From assembly GCA_027026255.1 (NCBI GenBank), contig JALVOT010000008.1, positions 11,619 to 75,618 on the forward strand: 64,000 bases of DNA. Direction: 5' to 3'. Both the position numbers and the translations under genes were made by a program. This DNA is from a candidate division WOR-3 bacterium (GTDB taxonomy: Bacteria > Hydrothermota > Tepidihabitantia > SM23-42). The notes under the pieces are model-generated. The model was given only the letters and a program-made list of their open reading frames with translations. It made no database searches and was not told where the DNA came from. Positions 19,334 to 26,868 of this stretch are shown here, in pieces (position 1 is the stretch's first letter; each line of letters begins with the position of its first letter).

Positions 19334-19439
19334 CTATGAGTAATGGCGGGATTTTCCGCACTCACTTTCATTTTTGCGTTGCCGTTTGTTTTATTCATAT
19401 TTATTCCAGTATTAACACTTTGCCCGCCGTTACTCATAG
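19334..19439 (+). repeat. structured repeat, copy A (17-bp closing stem, ~70-nt AU-rich interior); homologous to 50430-50533
   Basis: CTATGAGTAATGGCGGG ... CCCGCCGTTACTCATAG. The single non-Watson-Crick pair is G.U only on this strand. About 75% identity to the reverse complement of copy B. Confidence 0.6.
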
Positions 19440-19458
19440 CCTTTGTTGGCGGTAGTAA

Positions 19459-20427
19459 TTATAATTTTACTATTTCAACTCGTCTGTTTTTTGCTCTTCC
19501 TTCATCTGTAGAATTTGTAGCTACAGGTGCTGCTTGTCCGACACCGTACGCTTTTAACTGTTCAGCTTTTACAGAATATTTTGATATCAATTCATTTACA
19601 ACAGCTTGTGCTCTTTCCATTGATAATTTAATATTAGCATCAAAGTCGCCTGTGTTGTCTGTATGTCCTACAATGACAAATTTCTTGTCAGGATGATTTT
19701 TGAGATAGCCTGCTATTACCTTGAGAGTTTCATCTGATTCCGGTTTAATATCTGCTTTACCCGGATCAAAAAGAATACTGTAGATTGAGATATGACCATA
19801 AGTAGCTAAGTTTTCGTCAATATTATGAGCATTTAAAATATCTTCCCTATCGGCTTCCATAACATCCTGTGTAATAAGTGTCTTGTCAGAAAATCCTGAT
19901 ATGTAGATGACTGTATAAATGTTTTTTTCTGCACCCGGTTTGCGGGCGACTATGAAACAATGTGTGTCTTCACCGCGTGGATAATATTCAAGCCCAAACT
20001 GTCCGGTCATTTTGTTACCATAGTAATAGTTGCAAAAATCTTCTGAATTACAACCAATGCCATCGATACCTTTGCCTTTGACTAAGATTGTGAAACCGTT
20101 TTTCTTTAGATTGTCAAGTAAAGTTTTATATAAATAAGCAGGATTATTTTCGGCCGGGGTTGTGTACTGATATCTAATCAACCTACCTTCTGTCTTAAGC
20201 ATGTGAGGAAAATACCTGCCTCTGTCTTCCTTGTATGTGAGCTTGGTCAGAGGAACATTATATTCCTGCCATTTAAAGACTTTGTAGAATTTAAGGTCAG
20301 AGCCTGGGAAACGTTGGATTAAAGGATAGTCCTTAGAGCCTTTTACATCATTATTTTGTGCAAAAAGATTTGTGGAAAACATTAATGCAACTACTGCTAA
20401 AATTAAAGTTACTTTTTTCATTTTCAA
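19459..20427 (-). CDS. OmpA-family protein (C-terminal OmpA/peptidoglycan-binding domain)
   Basis: Signal peptide present. C-terminus reads GHTDNTGDFDANIKLSMERAQAV...GRAKNRRVEIV. Confidence 0.85.
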   Translation of the reverse strand: MKMKKVTLILAVVALMFSTNLFAQNNDVKGSKDYPLIQRFPGSDLKFYKVFKWQEYNVPLTKLTYKEDRGRYFPHMLKTEGRLIRYQYTTPAENNPAYLYKTLLDNLKKNGFTILVKGKGIDGIGCNSEDFCNYYYGNKMTGQFGLEYYPRGEDTHCFIVARKPGAEKNIYTVIYISGFSDKTLITQDVMEADREDILNAHNIDENLATYGHISIYSILFDPGKADIKPESDETLKVIAGYLKNHPDKKFVIVGHTDNTGDFDANIKLSMERAQAVVNELISKYSVKAEQLKAYGVGQAAPVATNSTDEGRAKNRRVEIVKL

Positions 20428-20465
20428 ATCTCCTTTTATTTAATGTTTATTTTCGGTTTTATTAC

Positions 20466-20547
20466 CACCAACCTTTTGCGTATTTGCGAAGTACCGTAGG
20501 CATTTAAGTGAGTACCAAAGGGGCGAACTGCAAACACGCTGTTAGAC
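20466..20547 (-). repeat. attC-like imperfect inverted repeat (82 nt)
   Basis: Minus strand reads GTCTAAC-A-GCGTGTTTGC...GCAAATACGC-AAAAG-GTTGGTG. It starts 24 nt after the stop of the 75-aa ORF. Confidence 0.4.
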
Positions 20548-20571
20548 AATAGTAGGGACACTTATTTTTCA

Positions 20572-20799
20572 CTATTTGTCCCAGGTCATTTTGATCTTAC
20601 TAATTTGAGTTTCGCCTCCGAGGACATTCCCTTCATTATCAATTCTTATTTTGTCAATGCCGCCGATCTCTTTTCTGAAATCAGTTATGATGTCCCGGTG
20701 AGGTTCTTCTACCCAATTATCAAAATCATTGGGAATCTTCAAACCATCCTTGAAACCTTTTAGATAGTCGTCAATAGCTATGATTTCACCTCCTTTCAT
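20572..20799 (-). CDS. hypothetical 75-aa protein (partner of the nucleotidyltransferase; not HEPN-like)
   Basis: ORF 49 nt downstream of the NTase gene. No Rx4H motif. Confidence 0.45.
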   Translation of the reverse strand: MKGGEIIAIDDYLKGFKDGLKIPNDFDNWVEEPHRDIITDFRKEIGGIDKIRIDNEGNVLGGETQISKIKMTWDK

Positions 20800-20848
20800 T
20801 TATTTTTCCATCCAGTCTGGCAGATATTTATCCACCAGGCTCTTGAAG

Positions 20849-21157
20849 TTAAATGTTTCGTTTTTTTTGTAGAATAACCTTTTGTTCGTTCAGTATTCGT
20901 TTTTTAAGTAGAGGATGAATAGATTTATAAGTAATAATATCCACTTCCCTTCCCAACAGTTTTTGAAGCTTTAACTTCATACCCATAAGGTCTAATAGAC
21001 TTTTTCTCCCTTCAAATTCAATTAGCAAGTCTATATCGCTATCTTTGGTGACTTCTCCTCTTACTATCGAGCCCAAAAGAGCAGTTCTTTTCACCCTGTA
21101 TTTCTTTAATACTTTAATAAGTGTATCTTTTATTTCTTTAATCTGCTCGCTATTCAT
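20849..21157 (-). CDS. MNT-type nucleotidyltransferase-domain protein (antitoxin-like)
   Basis: LLGSIVRGEVTKDSDIDLLIEF matches the GS...DxD minimal NTase motif. Confidence 0.8.
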   Translation of the reverse strand: MNSEQIKEIKDTLIKVLKKYRVKRTALLGSIVRGEVTKDSDIDLLIEFEGRKSLLDLMGMKLKLQKLLGREVDIITYKSIHPLLKKRILNEQKVILQKKRNI

Positions 21158-21186
21158 ATTTTTTAGCTTCCAGGGCAGGGTTCGGG

Positions 21187-21365
21187 ATTTCGGACAACTC
21201 GTTCATATCCGTAATATTACGAATATACATCCCTCTGGGTGAAATTATACTCCTTTCTTCTTTATCAACCATTATAGAATAAATATATAGCAAAAAAACA
21301 AAAAGTCAAGACCATTTTCAGAAAGTTCTCTTTGGAGGTCTTAAAAAAAGTTGCCGAAGGCGATT
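21187..21365 (-). repeat. junction repeat copy 1 (terminator hairpin + promoter module + L-motif)
   Basis: Minus strand carries AATCGCCTTCGGCAAC-T7, AAGACCTCCAAAGAGAACTTTCTGA, TTGACT-16-TATATT and the L-motif with hairpin 21205-21226. Homologous to 22921-23028 and 24478-24682. Confidence 0.7.
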
Positions 21366-21407
21366 GGGGTGAGCGAACCAGATGCCCGCTTGTTGTTTTA
21401 TGCACGG

Positions 21408-22541
21408 TTAGGATAAAACCTTAAAATATACTATAAAACCATATATGATTCCTTCGGTTAAAAGAAAGTAAGGGATGGAATATTGGTGGAAACTTAACCA
21501 TAATTTTTTATTTTTTGCTATTCTTAAGGCAATAATATTTGCTAATGAGGAGATTATTAAACCATTTCCACCAACATTTACCCCATATGTTATTACCTGC
21601 CAATTGTGCGTAAATTTCGAGATAAGCACAGTTGCTGGAACATTACTAACTACTTGAGATGTGAATACTGATACCAAAAATACATTATTTGCAGAGTTTA
21701 AATTTAGCGCATTAATAGTTTTTGATACTATTGATGCAGTGGAAATAATATGAAAATCAATGAAAATAATTATAAAAAGTAACAATAATGCCCAATCTAC
21801 TTTCGCCAATACTTTGCTGTTATATATAATATAAATTGTAAAAATAACTGGTAATATCCAGATGGCTAATCTCAACTCTAAAAAGATAATATAAACTAAT
21901 AGCATTGCTGTAGATAAAATTAACAGTGGTTTTTTGAATGCCTTACTGTTACTTATATCTTCTGAAACTTTTATCTTTTTGTCAGAGAAAACAATCCAGG
22001 CAAATATTAAAAGAATTAAAAGAAGAAAAATAACTAATGGGAACATCTTTATGATAAATGTAATAAAAGAGATATTCCATTTGTGCCATAAAAATATATT
22101 TTGTGGGTTGCCAATTGGTGTTAAGGAAGAGCCTATATTAACAGAAATGGTTTCAAAAATTATTAACTTAGAAATGTCATTTTCTATTATGTTTTGAATC
22201 CCGATGGTTAATGGAATAACTACAAAAAGCGTGATGTCATTTGTAAGAAATGTGGACAGTAATGCTGAAAAGATTATTAAAAAAAATGAAAGAGATTTTT
22301 CGGTTCCCATTTTTTTTATTATTTTTTCAGACAGGGTATCAAAAAACTTACTTTCTTTTAGTCCCGTGGTAATTATAAGCAATCCTGTAAGTGCTATTAT
22401 TGTTCTCCAATCAATAAAGTAAGGATAATTGATTATTTGATGATGGTATACAATAGATAAAATAATAAGTAAGATAACGAATATAGATAAAATAAATTCT
22501 TTTTTTACAATCTTAATTATCCCCATTTTATACACAATCAC
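21408..22541 (-). CDS. ArsB/NhaD/CitMHS-superfamily anion or cation permease
   Basis: 377-aa polytopic ORF with the IGNPQNI motif. Confidence 0.7.
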   Translation of the reverse strand: MIVYKMGIIKIVKKEFILSIFVILLIILSIVYHHQIINYPYFIDWRTIIALTGLLIITTGLKESKFFDTLSEKIIKKMGTEKSLSFFLIIFSALLSTFLTNDITLFVVIPLTIGIQNIIENDISKLIIFETISVNIGSSLTPIGNPQNIFLWHKWNISFITFIIKMFPLVIFLLLILLIFAWIVFSDKKIKVSEDISNSKAFKKPLLILSTAMLLVYIIFLELRLAIWILPVIFTIYIIYNSKVLAKVDWALLLLFIIIFIDFHIISTASIVSKTINALNLNSANNVFLVSVFTSQVVSNVPATVLISKFTHNWQVITYGVNVGGNGLIISSLANIIALRIAKNKKLWLSFHQYSIPYFLLTEGIIYGFIVYFKVLS

Positions 22542-22920
22542 CTTTTATATAACATCTCGTGTGTATTTAAAGTTACTGAAGACAATTTGGGTGAGGATTG
22601 AATACCAGAACCAGATACCTGTTTGTTAAACGACAGCAGAGGTCTTTCATAGTATTATACGTTCCTTAATACTCATTTTTTGGTCGTAAATCCTAACCTA
22701 AAACTTTTGTGGGTGTCGTTAGTATCAAAATAGTTTTGGATTTTACTGGCTCCAGTTCCTCCGATTTTTATCAGAATAGTCAAATAAAACTCTTGAGATC
22801 CTGCTTGATGGGCAAAGTGAATCTTATTTTGGAATCCTTTCACCTTCCACCTGGCTCTATCTTTTACTTCCTTTATTCATTAAGTGGATACACCTTGCTC
22901 TAAGCGAAAACATATTTTTT

Positions 22921-23028
22921 CCTCCTTTATCAAGCATTATGCAATAATATAATAGCAAAAAAACAAAAAGTCAAGTCCGTTCAGAAAGTTCTCTTTGGAG
23001 GTCTTAAAAGAAGTCGCCGAAGGCGATT
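22921..23028 (-). repeat. junction repeat copy 2 (terminator hairpin + promoter module)
   Basis: Minus strand carries AAATCGCCTTCGGCGACTTCTTTT, then TTGACT (22974-22969), 17 nt, TATATT (22951-22946), then GATAAAGGAGGAA. Confidence 0.7.
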
Positions 23029-23097
23029 TAGAAAAATCTTTTCTGCCTGTCGGCAGACAGGGATTTCCCTTTTATCCGCTGTTAGGTGAGGTCGCTT

Positions 23098-23406
23098 TCA
23101 ACTTTTCACCACTTGTATACCCATTATCTTAACGCCATCTGTTGTTCTCATCGATAATGTTGTAGGTTCGGTAATTAGACACTGTCCCTCTTTAAGATTC
23201 ACTATTTCTTGATTAGCCCTTACTTCTGCTGTCCCTTTAATAACATAGAAAATAACATAAGAAGTCATTTCGCAAGTTGGCATCTCACCACCGGCCGGAA
23301 GCTCAATAATTCTTAGTTTAAATTCCTTAGCTTTATAGAAAACATTCTTATCCCGTTCCTCATACGGATATACTGCCATTGTTTTGATATCAAAAACTTG
23401 CATCAT
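23098..23406 (-). CDS. cupin-domain protein
   Basis: About 102 aa counted from ATG 23406, which is preceded by AGGAGGTGAAG. Small beta-barrel-like sequence. The track start at 23445 overlaps the upstream gene more extensively. Confidence 0.6.
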   Translation of the reverse strand: MMQVFDIKTMAVYPYEERDKNVFYKAKEFKLRIIELPAGGEMPTCEMTSYVIFYVIKGTAEVRANQEIVNLKEGQCLITEPTTLSMRTTDGVKIMGIQVVKS

Positions 23407-23959
23407 CTTCACCTCCTGAGACTTGTTTTTTACAGCTCCATTCAATTAGTTGTTCTATAGATACTCCCATTATTATAACAAAAACAATTGTTAAAATAAG
23501 TCTTGCTGCCATAAATTTTGGCCCAAGGAATTGAAGTTCCACCATCTCTTGAGGGATTTTTATGCATGCCCAGGCAGAAAGGAAAACAATGATACAGGAT
23601 ATTTTGGCGCCTTTTTTAAGTAAAGTAGAAGCTATAGGAAAAGCCACATATAGAGGGCCTGTAGGCAGTGACCCCAACAATATTCCGAGAAAAACGCTCT
23701 TTATTCCAGCAGCTTTTCCCAGATATTTTACAACCATATTCTTAGGCATAAATACCGCAAAAAGTCCCATCAATACCAGAACAGCAGGGAGTATTGAAAT
23801 CATTTCAATAAAGAATTTCAATGATGTATTAGTTACTGCTTTTTGTTTGTCAGGAAAAATTGAGAGTAAAATTACTGTAATAAATAAAGTGAGTCCAAGA
23901 ATGATTACATCTCGTTTCATTTCCTTTCTTTGAGTTTCTTTTTCTACAGGTTCTTTCAT
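23390..23959 (-). CDS. permease, C-terminal half of a split UPF0718/ArsP-like permease
   Basis: 189-aa polytopic ORF with a 4-nt overlap with the upstream half. Confidence 0.55.
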   Translation of the reverse strand: MKEPVEKETQRKEMKRDVIILGLTLFITVILLSIFPDKQKAVTNTSLKFFIEMISILPAVLVLMGLFAVFMPKNMVVKYLGKAAGIKSVFLGILLGSLPTGPLYVAFPIASTLLKKGAKISCIIVFLSAWACIKIPQEMVELQFLGPKFMAARLILTIVFVIIMGVSIEQLIEWSCKKQVSGGEDDASF

Positions 23960-24438
23960 AGTATCACTCCCATGATGATGCCAATAATAATTGCAATTAC
24001 AAAACTTATTCCATTTCTGAGTAAAGCTATTTTCTTTCCCAATTCTTTTATTTCTAAAGGTAGTGTAACTATACCAATCATAGTTAAGGTAGTAATAAAT
24101 ACTGCAACCGAGGTAACTGATGTCCCGTTTTTGAGGAGAGATGCTGCTAACGGAAAGGAAATTAAAGAAGGGATATGCAAGAATGCTCCCAATGATGCTA
24201 CAATAAGCACTCCTCCAAAACCTGCCTGCTCACCAATGAGTTTAGAAATCTGACCTTGCGGTACGAAACCTAAAAGCAGTCCTATAAAGATTATAATAAT
24301 AAGAACAGTGGGAAAAATACGAAAGAATGACTTTAATGCTCCGGTTAATGCCTGTTTTGTTTTTGTTCGTTCCTTAATAAACGCAAATATTAAACAGCCA
24401 AAAGCAAAGACATTTATAAGTATGGCAGTTGTATTCAT
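23956..24438 (-). CDS. permease, N-terminal half of a split UPF0718/ArsP-like permease
   Basis: 160-aa polytopic ORF. AAGGAGG RBS. Confidence 0.55.
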   Translation of the reverse strand: MNTTAILINVFAFGCLIFAFIKERTKTKQALTGALKSFFRIFPTVLIIIIFIGLLLGFVPQGQISKLIGEQAGFGGVLIVASLGAFLHIPSLISFPLAASLLKNGTSVTSVAVFITTLTMIGIVTLPLEIKELGKKIALLRNGISFVIAIIIGIIMGVIL

Positions 24439-24477
24439 GGAATATTCCTCCTTACATTTGAACTCATATATCTATCA

Positions 24478-24682
24478 ATGTCGCCTAACTCCTTCATATA
24501 CGAACAGTTCGCATATCCCTGTCTGTGTGTGGGTACGCACAGGCAGACATCCTTCTGGGTGAAATCATACTCCTTCCTCCTTTATCAAGCATTATGTAAT
24601 AATATAATAGCAAAAAGACAAAAAGTCAAGTCCGTTCAGAAAGTTCTCTTTGGAGGTCTTAAAAGAGTTTCCTGAGGTGATT
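24478..24682 (-). repeat. junction repeat copy 3 (promoter module + L-motif carrying a 30-nt hairpin insertion)
   Basis: Same module as copies 1 and 2. The L-motif ends in GAGTTAGGCGACAT (GTTAGGC is the complement of 24483-24489), 44 nt before the permease ATG. Confidence 0.7.
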
Positions 24683-24741
24683 TGGGTAAGGGCTGAAACT
24701 TCGAATTAGATACATCGTGTTATGCGATATGCTGATTTTTT

Positions 24742-25095
24742 TTATTTTCTTCGTGGTCTGAGAAGACCGCCAAAAATTCCACCTACCAGACCAAGAAATC
24801 CAAAGTAGAGTGTAGAGATAAAGACACCGCCGCCAATTACTGCACCCAGGATTCCTCCTAAAGCTGCGCCCTGAAAACCACCAAGAATATTCCCTAAGAA
24901 ACCGCCAATAGTTGTGAAAATAATGCCTGCAAAAATTCCATCGATTGTTCCGCTCAAAAATCCAGCTAATATACCTCTTCCTATTCCACCGGCAATTAAA
25001 CCAGCGGTAAAACCAGCAATGATGGGGCCGAGTATCGGGATAGGACTCAATACTGCCATTGCAATGGCCCCGATAATAACCCCTAAAACTAACAT
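24742..25095 (-). CDS. glycine-rich small membrane protein
   Basis: 117-aa ORF built from GxxxG-type repeats and hydrophobic segments. Confidence 0.6.
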   Translation of the reverse strand: MLVLGVIIGAIAMAVLSPIPILGPIIAGFTAGLIAGGIGRGILAGFLSGTIDGIFAGIIFTTIGGFLGNILGGFQGAALGGILGAVIGGGVFISTLYFGFLGLVGGIFGGLLRPRRK

Positions 25096-25877
25096 AATGA
25101 CCTCATTTTTTCAGGCATTTCGCCTAACGGTTTAGCAAACTTTGGTTGCCACACGAAGTATCCATCTTGATAGATTAATCTTTGATTGCTGTCCGGGGAT
25201 TCTCTGAATCGCAATGTGTCCGGATTACCGTGGACGGAAAAATACTTCATAGCAGATTGCTGTTTTTGGCCCCTGAAATCATCTATCCGACCCCTTTTCA
25301 TTGTTGTGTTCTCTGTTTCAGGGCGCCAGTTATTATTCCATAAGAAATATAAGCAGCCGTCCTCGTCGGTATTGATTTCTCCATCCTAATCAACACAGGC
25401 AAAATATAAAGCACAAAAGATTGAGGATGTAATATCTATCATTTTTGTCCCAACCTCATCATCATAATGTGCCATCAAAGACCACCAATTAGGGTCTTCT
25501 TTCTTTTTTCTTGTTTGAAAAAGCCATTTAATCTTTGAATTTATGTATTTCTTCTGAAATGCCTTAAGGTATTCTATTTCGTCCGAAGTTATATTTAGTG
25601 GATTAATATCGTTATGCTTCAATCCGGTATTTCGTACAATTCTTGGTATTAGTTCCCAACCATAGATATGTTCTCCCCGAAAAAATATTGGTTTTACGCT
25701 TGAGCCTTCATTCATGAAACTTTTAATACCGGAAGTTTTTAATAATACCTCTCCACATGAACTTATATAGCAATTACCATTACACCCTGTCGATAGTTGC
25801 TTATCATCACGGGTCAGTTGCCGCCAAGAAACGCAGCGAATTGGCGGCAACTGACCATATTGTTCAGGTTTTTTCAT
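25089..25877 (-). pseudogene. FRG-domain protein gene interrupted by one in-frame TAG (25386-25388)
   Basis: FFRGEHIYGWELIPRIVR and WWSLMAHY...IDITSSIFCALYFA are FRG-like. The same frame stays open after the TAG for 98 more codons, down to 25092. Confidence 0.6.
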
Positions 25878-26020
25878 TATAGTATTCCATAAACATCTTT
25901 GTCAGTGGATTGTGAGCTTTTGTCAGAGAGGTACCAAATAATCCCCAAAATTTCTCTGACCGCGTTTTTTTTAGGGAAAAACTCATCAGGTTTTTGAATC
26001 ATCTCTTTGTCTTTTCTCAT
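25877..26020 (-). CDS. hypothetical 47-aa ORF
   Basis: Below the track size cutoff. ATG 26020; its TAA overlaps the FRG ATG (TAATG). Confidence 0.3.
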   Translation of the reverse strand: MRKDKEMIQKPDEFFPKKNAVREILGIIWYLSDKSSQSTDKDVYGIL

Positions 26021-26074
26021 TAGCGGAAGACAGGCTTCTATTATTCCCTCTTGTCAGGACCTGTCTTTATTTCA

Positions 26075-26599
26075 TTACTCTTTTCTTTTTTTACTCTTCT
26101 CTTGCACAAGTCTTTTGATTTCATCCAGATGCCCAAGTTCGAATTCTTTTTTCGGTTTCGGTATCTGTTCCAGTACGGCATTTATTGCTTCTTCCGCTTG
26201 CTTTGCCGTCCGTGGATTTATCGCTTTCTGCTTAACTAAATCCTGAATGGCCTGTACATAGATGTATCCGCATCTATGGGCGCTTGGATTAAAGAGTTTT
26301 ACACAAGTTGTTTGGTCACAACATGCTTGAACTATAGCTGCATCCGTAAAGTGATTGGCGTGGTAAACAAACCCTGGCTTAACGATCCAGAACGACCATA
26401 CTGCTTTTAGGTAATAACAGCCAGGGGGAACTTCAACTTCAAGGTGACCACATTTGGCAGGTAAAACTACGTACTTCTTACCGCACCACTGGAGTACATT
26501 ACCATCGCAGTCATAGATGGTAACATACCATGTCCTTTTATCAACACTACAGGGATCGTCAATCCCTGAAATCCAGATGTTAAGTTTTGCCATTCCCAT
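26075..26599 (-). CDS. Cys-rich hypothetical protein (12 Cys in the first ~125 aa, Lys/Glu-rich tail)
   Basis: 174-aa ORF with a GGAGG RBS. No recognisable family. Confidence 0.6.
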   Translation of the reverse strand: MGMAKLNIWISGIDDPCSVDKRTWYVTIYDCDGNVLQWCGKKYVVLPAKCGHLEVEVPPGCYYLKAVWSFWIVKPGFVYHANHFTDAAIVQACCDQTTCVKLFNPSAHRCGYIYVQAIQDLVKQKAINPRTAKQAEEAINAVLEQIPKPKKEFELGHLDEIKRLVQEKSKKRKE

Positions 26600-26683
26600 T
26601 TTTTTTTCCTCCTTTTAATTAAATTCCAGGAAGTTCCGGCCACAAGAACTCCCTTCAAAAAAGAACTATATATACAAAAGTTA

Positions 26684-26863
26684 TCAATTAGTACAACAAA
26701 CTATTAGTCCTAAGCAGAATGCTTTAACTCCACGATCTGCTTTTTCGACAGTAAGCTGGGGTAATTCCCTTATCTGTTGAGCTAACGCAGCCTCAATTTG
26801 TGGTGTTGATCTAATTTGTAGCACGTCTTCCAAAGCCACTTTTTTTTCTTCTTTTCCAGGCAT
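26684..26863 (-). CDS. 59-aa peptide with a helical leader-like region and hydrophobic C-terminus AFCLGLIVCCTN (candidate RiPP precursor)
   Basis: ATG 26863 lies 5 nt after AAGGAGGTGA, which overlaps the end of the radical SAM gene. Confidence 0.55.
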   Translation of the reverse strand: MPGKEEKKVALEDVLQIRSTPQIEAALAQQIRELPQLTVEKADRGVKAFCLGLIVCCTN

Positions 26864-26868
26864 TATTA

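Noticed and set aside
19343-19696. 117-aa plus-strand ORF (and the analogous 71-aa minus-strand ORF at 50309-50524)
   Set aside because: Only the first ~33 codons are conserved between the two. The remainder is antisense read-through into the OmpA-like and helicase-partner genes with no shared stop. I kept them as a finding about the repeat, not as long CDS.
22709-22903. 64-aa plus-strand ORF, plus an 18-codon and a 56-codon (GTG) ORF on the minus strand downstream of promoter module 2
   Set aside because: No RBS or motif support for the plus-strand ORF. The minus-strand mini-ORFs may be remnants of a lost gene, and none can be supported as a real CDS.
25122-25128. GTTAGGC box upstream of the Gly-rich gene as a clean cassette boundary
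   Set aside because: It lies inside the reading frame that continues from the FRG gene past its TAG. The boundary interpretation here is therefore ambiguous, and I mention it only as supporting context.
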